Below, piece by piece: positions 53,785-64,000 of a stretch of 64,000 nt of DNA (positions within the stretch are counted from its first letter, which is position 1; each line of letters starts with the position of its first letter). Below the pieces are notes generated by a model. That model did not search any database, was not told the DNA's origin, and worked only from the letters and a program-made list of their open reading frames with translations. The stretch is from positions 24,616,001 through 24,680,000 of the forward strand of contig NW_024704742.1 of NCBI RefSeq assembly GCF_018977255.1, given 5' to 3'. Made by a program: the position numbers and the translations under genes. Source of the stretch: Callorhinchus milii. Taxonomy: Eukaryota.

Positions 53785-54650
53785 AATAACAATCCTTGCA
53801 TTTGATACAGCATACGTACATCCAAAAAGACGTCTCAAAGAGCTTCACAGGATTTTACTGTAAAGTGTACTGTTTGTGTATTTGTAGGCAAACGCAGCAG
53901 CCAATTTTTGCACAGCAATGTCCCACAAACAACCATGACCAATTTTTAATCTGGGAGATTGTTGATCAGGACACTGGGAGGAGGAGGAACTCCCTTCTCT
54001 TTTCAAGTAGTGCCAAAGTGCTTGAGATATCCTTTGATGTGAAAGGCGCTGTATAAATTGTATTGTATGGAATCTTTATTGTGCACTTGCACAGGCAGCT
54101 GGGATCCTCGGTTTAATGTCTCATCTGAAGGATACCATCCCAGACAATGCAGTGCTCCCTTAACACTGCCTGTAGCATGTAAGTTCAAAGTCCCTACATG
54201 GGGCTTGAACCCACACCTTCTGACTCACAGGAAAGAGTACTACCAACTGAGCATGGTTCTATGGATATGACAATGTAAGTAGGCAGAGAATGAAAGAAGC
54301 CGCCTAGAAAATGTTTATGCCCATGCGTGGGGGGAACAGATCCAGTTGAAGTGGCATATTTGATGTTACTTTCACACAGAAACAAGTGGTACATTGTAAT
54401 ATTAATAATTCTTACATTTGATATAACGCCTTATTACATAATCGAGGCATCGCAAAGCACTTCACAGGAAATACTGTAAAACGGTTTGACTGTGTATTTC
54501 ATGGGCGAAAAGCGGCTGCCTATTGCGAATAGCAATGTGCCATAAACAGCATCGAGTGAGTGACCAATTTTATTTGGGGGATTTGTTGGCCAGGACACCA
54601 GGAGAAATTCCCTTCTCTTTTCAAATACTGCTGTGGAATCTTTAACGTAC
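53785..54650 (-). mobile_element. Two older Deu-type SINE copies (~53785-54250 and ~54400-54650)
   Basis: gcagccaattt..cagcaatgtcccacaaac cores and aatccttgcatttgat-like tails. Confidence 0.7.
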
Positions 54651-54774
54651 AGAGCAAACCAACTACGGTACTGTGAAAAGTAAAACATAAATGTGAGATT
54701 ATTCAATGATGGATTAAAAAATTCATTGAATGTGTAGTAAAATGGTACGAGTCCATTATTTATAAAATTATTTA

Positions 54775-55128
<354 letters not shown>

Positions 55129-58093
55129 CTACAAAATTTACCCGCATAGCATAGAACAATAAATACCCAGTTTTTAATAACGCTGCATAGGTTTATTCTA
55201 TCATTTTTATGTATTGTGGCTTGAGATAACATTTAAAAATGAATGCTAATTGTTTTTAAAAGGTCAAGATTCTTAAAAATACAATCCATTTATTTAAATG
55301 TGAATACACACAATTAATTTACTGGATTAACATCACATAAGCACTGTATAAATACAAACTTTAACTACAAAGAAAAAGTTAAATTTGCTGCATTTGCTTT
55401 TAATCATTTTACTACAATTGAATCAAATTTTGAAGAACTCAGAAAAACACATTATCACCACAGAAACTATTAATATTACTATTCTAAAGATTGCTCTTTG
55501 GAATCTTGTCCATTCAATGAAGGCATCCAATAAATCAAAAATTATTTACTAACCACTGAGAAAATAGAACTCACTGAGTACTTTGAATTTAAATGTTTTG
55601 CCTGGGTCAGAAGAAGGATACCATTTTAACACATTGTCAGTTTACTTCCTGATCAGGTTCACTTGGACAAGTATTGTACATGTTTTGTACAGAGTTAATT
55701 GTGGCCTATAGTCTGATGTGGCTTCTGATATGAAAACATTTAACATTTATAGTGTCCCCTGATAAAAACAGTAGTTTGTCTGGTAATTACTTTCAATCCA
55801 CGAAAGTGGGGAATGTGCTAAAAATATTACCACAACTTTATTTCAACTATTTTAAGAGAAGCAATGTAGTGATTTTGAGAATTCTCGTAAACAAAATATG
55901 CTGCAGAGGAATGGTTATAAATGTTTCTGGAGCAATTGCTGAGCCGAATGTCGTGGTGCACTGTGCAAAATTCAGTAGTCCACTGATACACCAGGACATA
56001 GTTTAGCATCTGTACTCTGTTAATACCACTGGTGCTGGTACAGTCGACATCTGGATATAGAAAAACACATCATCTACTTTATTGTTTAATGGCACCATTA
56101 GCATCTGGATTATATTAGCACAAACTTTACTTATCCATACATCATATCCCATGGAATTTCCTGACAAATCAGACTGCTGCCCAAAGGCTAAATGTTTTTC
56201 TCATTAAAAAGGCTTAAATGAGCTAAGCAGGACCTAGACCTCAAGTAAATCCTAAAGTGGGGGTCTAAATAATTAGAAGGCAGCGGGACATTTAATTTAT
56301 CACTAACGATTTTTGGTATTGCTTGTCTTGGCAAAGGACATTCATAACGTTGACCTAACGTACAGTATAACGTACAGACACAACTAACAAATACTATTCA
56401 CCTTTTTCTTTTAATAGTTTCAGGTTAACCTTCACTCTAAACAGGCATATGTGAAATGTTCTGATACAAACTACGGGTTAAACAAGGGGAAATGGAGCCT
56501 TACTACCAATCATATTCTCATTTTGCACCAATATATTTCAAATTAGGTAACAAGGGTTCATCAAATGCTATACAATTATAACGTTAATATTTTCCAAATT
56601 TTCTCTGACCCTTTAAATTAAGTTTTTTTCTTGTCTTAACAGTTGTACAATTCAAATCAAGCAACACTCAAGTTTATTTTACAATTTACAGTGCCCGAGA
56701 GCAAAGTCTGCACTCTACCAAGTCGCACACAGTTTGCCTCTGGCCACACAATTTTACTACCGAACAACTTTGCAATAATTCTTATGTTAAATGACAGCAA
56801 TTATTGCTATCCAGAAAGACCAAAAACAAGATAGTGTTTCTCCCAATTAATGAAAGTTATTAAAAATGGGGCAATATATGAAAACCATTATGCCACACTA
56901 GCACATACTGAATCTTTGACAAAATATACTGCCCAATAACAGCTGCCATCTTGGATTCATTATAGTGGAACTGAAATCCGAGCAGCCAAACAGCACATAA
57001 ATTAAAATGCATATTTCACACCATTGTTACAGCTTTCAAATCTAGTGGCAGCTGCACAAAACTTGAATCTCAAAAATGCTGCTTACTAAGGCGCAATTTT
57101 ATTAAAAGCCACTGGTGCTGACAACTATAGAGAAAAGCAGATAATTGGGAATAAACTGAGTTCAGAATGCAAACAAGTTCGAATCTAAAATGGGGAGAGA
57201 CCCTATTTGACCCAATACTCTTGTGCTAGTTCCTCAATGGAACCATGTACTCAAATCCCATACCCCTTTAATATTACATCTACTCAAGTGATTATCCAAT
57301 TTCCTTTCAAATTCTATTATGAACACAGCTTTAACATTTTAGTTATTTATCCCCAAATCCTTAGCTATCTTTTGTGTAACTTAAAAGGACACACACCATT
57401 TAGTTTTCTTCCTCCATTCCTTGTTAACCAGTTTGGCCTTGGCAATAGTGTTTTACGGACTTCATAATGTTTCAATTGAAAGTACACACCATGAGGCGGA
57501 GGTCTTCCCTGCTGATTGTTTTTCTTTGCCTCACAGGCAGGCAGAGAGCGAAATCCATCACATTGGCCGTGTTAGCCCCACAGCAGACATAGTGAAAGCC
57601 ATACGCTACCCAAAAGCCACACAAGACTATCGTCAAAAGAAAGTTCCAAACTTGAACTTGGGTTTTATACAAACAGCAGATGAAATGATGAAAAAAAGCA
57701 AAGAAAGACAGAATTTTTTTTAAAAGCATCAATTTTAAATAAAGTGAAAGTTTCGCATGAACTCTGGGTTATTTACTGCTTTCCATAATGCAAGCAGTAT
57801 TATCATTACATATAAGGTCAAAAATATAATGGTCTCAATGTACTGTCTGAATTGGAATTCTATTTTCAAAAACTAGCTGCCTAAGGAGGGCACATTCAAA
57901 CTCTAGTAAGCTTTTAGGTAAAAGAGTCCTTGCATACATACATTTATTGACTCATTAGCATAGATTATTTGGAAAGACATTAGTATTATGGGAAAAAGAT
58001 TCCAAAGCAAAAAGTTTCTTCATAATTCACAATTCCTGCTATAACAGTGATTATTTCTGCAATTTAAAGAATGTTTTTTACTTGTTAGTAAAG

Positions 58094-58611
58094 TACTGGC
58101 TCCCCATCCCCCAGAGGATTGATTTCAAGATCCTCATCCTCACCTACAAGGCCATTCACGGCCTCGCTCCCTCCTACCTCTCCAACCTACTATCCCCCTA
58201 CCTACCTGCCCGTACCCTCCGTTCCTCTGGCTCCGGTCTGCTCCACGTCCCCCGCCCCAACCGCCCTACTATCGGTGGTCGGGCCTTCAGCCTCTCAGCC
58301 CCGAGGCTCTGGAACTCTATCCCCCAGTGCCTTCGCCACCTCCTCCCTTTCCTCCTTCAAGGCCGGTCTCAAAACCTTTCTCTTTGACCGTGCCTTCAGC
58401 TCCCCTCTCGACTCTCTTCCTCCTCCTCGCTCCCTCCCTTCCCTCCCCTCACCCTGACCATTTCCCCCTCCTCTCTCCCTTCCTTCCCTTCCCTCACCCT
58501 GACCATTTCCCCCTGCTCGGGTCATGACCCAACTCTGCAGCGCCTTGGGACGTCCTCCTGACGTGAAAGGCGCTCTATAAATGGAATCTTGTTGTTGTTG
58601 TTGTTGTTGTT
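58094..58611 (+). mobile_element. Young 5'-truncated L2 in RNF175 intron
   Basis: WLPIPQRIDFKIL...; (ttg)n tail. Confidence 0.92.
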
Positions 58612-59045
58612 TCCCTCATAGTTACAGTGGTTTGATCATAAGATAACATAAAAATGCCCCCCATTAGATTTTGGACAACTTATTCAGATTCATAAGTTAA
58701 AATTATTAAGCAAAGCTACATTTTTAATTATACGTGCATTACGGTAGGTATACTTTGGGTTTTAATTCTATTTGCCGTGATTAAGGTGAGGGAAATATCA
58801 CTTTTTCGCTTTAAAGACCCAACATTAGCCCTCAGTGCTGCCACAAGGTATAAATGTATAATAATAAATCTCACTCTGCTTTCATTAAACTCAACCTCAG
58901 TAGACCATTTCATGCTGCACTAGTGTGACAATTACCATTTCCCACATCTATCAAGCTACGGCCCATAACGAGGTATCAATTTGTGTTGAATAGAAAATAT
59001 TTCACTTCAAGAAAAAACATAGAATTTCATAGATTTGAAGCCTTA

Positions 59046-59279
<234 letters not shown>

Positions 59280-60256
59280 CTAAAGTGAAGAAAGTGTTGA
59301 GGAGTACAGTAAAACTCGCATACATCTTCACTTTATAAAGCGTATAATCACCTAAGTCGTACATGCACCCGAGTCCCATTCAGTTCCCCATCAAACTGCT
59401 TAAATTTCTTTGCACTAGTCGTATTTTATAAGCAAATCATCTCCATTCCCCTATTCTCCAATACTCCTGCACTGACTAGTTGCATTGGATTGCATTGAAT
59501 CTCGGAAACATAGTCTTGACCCATTAATTAATCCATTAATTTGCGTAGAATTCCCTTCCCCCGACACACACCTTCCTGTTCAATGCAGGCTCTATTTTAC
59601 CTCCACCCAATTCCTTGTAAACGACATTTACTATATTTACACTTGTTTAGTTAGTCCAGATTACGTTTCAGTGTTTGCATGTGGACCATATTCAACATAG
59701 TCTTTCTTATCACCCACAGGTGAATCACTTCAAAAGATGCTGTATGATGCTTTTAACCTTCAAAAAAAAAAGAAGTTCCTTTCTCTAATGTGTTCCCCGC
59801 ATTTTCTCCTGTAAAATGTATTTTTTTTGTACAGCTTTTTCTGCCTCGCCTAGATTTTGTTGGTCTCTGGCAAAGTTTGCACAGTGCGTGTTTCTGTTGC
59901 CTTCTATTGTGGATTGGAGTTTAAGACATTTTCAGCAGGCGAAACGGGAAGGAATTTAAAGACTCGACGTCAAGATATTTCTGTTCTTTCTCGCTTCGCG
60001 TATGAATGAGATACACAGGCAATCGAGGGAACCGAAGAGAAGACTGGGGAAGTGGTAGAATCTAACAGCAAAAGCTATAAAACCCACAGAGATTGTACAT
60101 GGTGTCCCTGTATTCTCCCTGTGCGCTGTGCACTCATTCTGTCTCCATCCTTAATTCCATGTTGCTGTCTCTTCCAACAGTCAGATGTCAAGTGCTGTCA
60201 GTCACTAAGTGCTGGTCTGTCTCCCTCCCCGCTCGGGCTCCTGCTCACTTTCTAAA

Positions 60257-60579
60257 GTGGAGTCCTGCAGCTCAGTGGTGAGAGCACTCGCCTCGCAAGC
60301 GAGAGACCTGGGTTTGATTCCTAGTAGGGCGAAACTTTGGGTAAGCTTTCTTACTCCACACGCCTGATAATAATGCCTCAAGAAAAAAACAATAATAATT
60401 TAGTCACTCAATCCATGACTGTTTGTGGGACACTGCTGTGCGCAATTGGCTGCCGTGTTTCGCCCACAAATACGCAGTCAATTCACTTTACAGTATATTC
60501 TGTGAAGCGCTTTGAGACGTCTCAAAGACTTGAAAAGCGCTGCATCAAATGCAAGGATTATTATTATTATTATTATTAT
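60257..60579 (+). mobile_element. Full-length tRNA-derived Deu-type SINE
   Basis: Head, core, (tta)n tail. Confidence 0.9.
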
Positions 60580-61401
60580 CACCGCATGTGCCGGCTGCAG
60601 GGACGAAGTACAACTTGTACATTTACCAGATGCATCTGGAGATATTTTTGTCACAAAGCTCTCAGAGATGACAAAGTTACAATATTTTACTTCCACTTAA
60701 ATTTCTAAATTACTAACATAAGATATGTAAGCTGCTTCTTGTTCATCCTATTGTTTTTAATTTTCCTTTTTAAGACTTTTACTTTCTCCCACCCAAAAGA
60801 ATCTGTCCAAATCACTATCTTGAGTATACCAAAGTTTCCATATCCTTGGCTATCTTTTATTACATGTTCCACATACAAGTGGATGTTGGCCATTACACAC
60901 AGAAGGGGGGCTGAAAATTACTTCTATGCACTCGACTGATCATCTGATCTACTTCCCTCTCCTGTTACCAGAAAACAAATAACTTTGCAGCGGTTAACCT
61001 GCTGTCTCTCACAACACATGTCCAATTACATTTAGATTTACCAAGACAGCAGACCAAGAGGTCACATGTTTAGGATTGCAAAAAGCAATTTCAGGGCAGA
61101 CACCATAAGGTATTTTTTTTACCCTAAAGGTAATGACTAGAACAGGTTGCCAGAAAGGGTGATCGAGGTCAGGACAAGAAAACTGCGTTGATGTTGTGAT
61201 GAGAGGACAATGCAGCAGCTGTTCTGGAAGAATAACCACTTGCGATAATAAATTGCATTGGGAGGATGTCCCATGGCGCTGGATAAGATTTAATGAGCAG
61301 AGGGACCTTCTTCATTCGAATGTCGTGACATTTCTGTTTAGGTTTATGCAATCTAAACAGAATCCTAAACTGCAATCCTAAATTCAACACTGAGTACACC
61401 T

Positions 61402-62097
61402 ACAACAACAACAACAACAACAAGATTCCATTTATAAAGCGCCTTTCATGTCAGGAGGACGTCCCAAGGCGCTGCACAGTTGGGTCATGACCCGAGCAGG
61501 GGGAAATGGTCAGGGTGAGGGGAGGGAAGGGAGGGAGCGAGGAGGGGGAAATGGTCAGGGTGAGGGGAGGGAAGGGAGGGAGCGAGGAGGAGGAAGAGAG
61601 TCGAGAGGGGAGCTGAAGGCACGGTCAAAGAGAAAGGTTTTGAGACCGGCCTTGAAGGAGGAGAGGGAGGAAGCGGCGAAGGCACTGGGGATGGAGTTCC
61701 AGAGCCTCGGGGCTGAGAGGCTGAAGGCCCGGCCACCGATGGTAGGGCGGTTGGGGCGGGGGATGTGGAGCAGACCGGAGCCGGAGGAACGGAGGGTACG
61801 GGCAGGTAGGTAGGGGGATAGTAGGTCAGAGAGGTAGGAGGGAGCGAGGCCGTGAATGGCCTTGTAGGTGAGGATGAGGATCTTGAAATCAATCCTCTGG
61901 GGGATGGGGAGCCAGTGGAGGCGAGCGAGGGTGGGTGTGATGTGGTCCCGAAGCCTGGTGCGGGACAGTACACGAGCTGCAGAGTTCTGAATGACCTGCA
62001 GCTTGTGGAGGGAGGTGGCGGGAAGGCCGGCGAGGAGAGAGTTCCCATAGTCCAGCCTTGAGGTGACAAAGGCGTGGACCAGGGTTTCAGCAGCGTG
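61402..62097 (-). mobile_element. Young 5'-truncated L2 in RNF175 intron
   Basis: Near-identical reverse complement of 58094-58611, extended further 5'. Confidence 0.92.
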
Positions 62098-62379
62098 TAT
62101 TGGGCAAATTAGATATTTCTGTTAGGTACCTTTACAGGTTTCCATTGCACATTCAATCTCATTCATTCTCCCACTTGCCCACTCGAGTATGCATCCTATC
62201 ACAGAGGAATATACCAAATACTATATGCAACACAGAGAACATCTGTGATATCATTGTTATGAATGGTGCAACTTGCACTAATCAAGGCCCGTCAATCCAG
62301 AAACTAATTTTCACTAACCATGAATAGCAAAGAGGACTTCGATTCCCTTTCCCAGCTAAGGAGAAAGAAATTGCCTTTT

Positions 62380-62765
62380 CAAAGCACCTTTTTAGGTTGA
62401 AACATCTCAAAAGGATTTATTAATGATGTCAAGTGTGGTGACTATCTGTTGTAGGCAAACAAAACAGCGATTTTGTGCATCAGAATTTCCTTAACCTTAG
62501 TCCCCAAAGAGCCACGAAACAAAATAATCATCTTCAAGCTTATTAGCCAAGATGCAGAGATAAACTGCTTTCCTTTCTGAATAGTGTCCTTGGTTCCTCA
62601 ATATCCAACTGAACAAGCAGGCGGGACTTTGGTTTAATATCTTATTCGAAAGACAACAAAGCCTGACAATACAGTACTCCCCCAAAAGATTATGGAGTCA
62701 GCCTATGTTACGAGCTCAGTTCTTCAAATGGTACTTGAACCCACAACTATCTCCCTCAAGAAACA
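62380..62765 (-). mobile_element. Old Deu-type SINE remnant
   Basis: Degenerate ggtttaatatcttattcgaaagac...gagtcagcct...cttgaacccacaac segments. Confidence 0.5.
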
Positions 62766-63201
62766 AGATTGCATTCAGAGACATATTTTAATTAAAAATG
62801 TAAGAGTCTCTTTTTACTTCCTCTCATGAGAGGCTTAATGAATAGACAGTGTCATGGATATTTTCGAATAACTAAGACCACCATAATATTTCTGGAAAGA
62901 AACAACACAGGAGTAGGAAATAAGCACTGTAATTTTTGGGATTAACTCTTCTAAAACTACAATTTAATGGAAGTTTTTTTAAAGCAATCAGGTGTATCAG
63001 GTTTCTTTTAGAAGTAGAATTTTTTTATAAGTGGCGACAAATAATGAAATTCTACTATTATTTTCTATTGCTTAACATTGACTAGACTGTAAAGCTTTAC
63101 AGTCTTCACATGATATGGGCTTCCATACTAATAAAAACACTTTACTACACAATAAACCCAGAGTGGAAATGGCTGTATACTGCAGACATTGCACGGCTTA
63201 C

Positions 63202-63242
63202 CTCCATTGGTCGTCTTCTGAAGGGAGTTTTAAAAGGTCAAT
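63202..63242 (-). CDS. RNF175: RNF175 small internal coding exon (IDLLKLPSEDDQWR), 41 nt
   Basis: ttcccttag|ATT...TGGAG|gtaagc; phase 2 joins the next exon (AG|G = Arg); resembles the short ..EQWR exon of the RNF121/175 family. Confidence 0.8.
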
Positions 63243-64000
63243 CTAAGGGAAAAAATAAAGCCATTTGAAAATGTGATCTCAATACAGTAGATCCCCATTA
63301 TGATTGGTAGTTAGGGTCTATAAAATTCCCTCCAGCCTGCATGAAGTCCTGTGGGTGGCAACCTAATAACCCAGTCAGTGGTTGATAAACTAAAATGGTC
63401 ATCAGGTTACCATTGTGCATGTACAGCTGGCATTTTGTAATACCAATGGAGTCTGTGATAAGTATATTGTGATAACTAAACGCTAGGATCAACATACCAC
63501 CTTATAAGTGACCCAGTGTTACAACAGAACTCCACTGTAGTTATCTATAGTTCATCAGTGTAGAATGTAGATATATTGCCATGGAAAATGATATTTGTTG
63601 GCATGTATTCGCACAAGAGAAATTGATCAAATAACTCAAGGCCAAGGCTACAAATTATTATATGTATCACCTTACAATTGTCCGCATTAAACTTCATTTG
63701 ACATTCATTTACCCAATCAACTAATCTCTCTCTGTCTCTCTGAAATGGCAAATAAATAATCTTCTAACCCAAATAAACTTCCATCGATGAAAATCGTTGT
63801 TGCAAGACGAAAATTGAGAAAAAAATTTAAAACAGCTAATAGTGTTACAAAGAGCATGCTGTGGTGTCAAAGGTGAGCAATGGGGAGAAGGCGGTTGAAA
63901 AGCTTGTAGTGAGCGTGATTCACCAACACGTTTTACTGAGGCAGCAGAGAAGGTCTGTGACTAATTCTTGGTTTGCAGGACTAACGGGTGAATGACAAAA

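Noticed and set aside
57421..57732. Overlapping 100-aa and 86-aa ORFs in an RNF175 intron
   Set aside because: No recognisable domain or convincing splice context; likely chance.

Overview
Eukaryotic, repeat-rich vertebrate DNA; the CR1/L2 LINE and Deu-type tRNA-SINE content suggests a cartilaginous fish (inference). Host genes: two intact, divergently oriented TLR2 paralogues, each with one coding exon (copy A 3012-5396 minus; copy B 38811-41192 plus), and eight coding exons of RNF175 (minus, 45841-63242, first exon outside the window) converging on copy B, as at the human TLR2-RNF175 locus. Main observations: (1) the TLR2 coding sequences are ~97% identical in protein, but similarity falls to ~87% in the proximal 3'UTR and is lost past the splice acceptor, and the mostly non-synonymous differences cluster in the central LRRs, suggesting gene conversion that spares the ligand-binding region; (2) an L2 LINE inserted into the last codons of copy A and supplies its C-terminus and stop codon; (3) the last two RNF175 introns carry U12 minor-spliceosome signals; (4) several inverted duplications and a nested LINE cluster lie between the TLR2 genes. 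All alignments and counts were made by eye; repeat boundaries are approximate.
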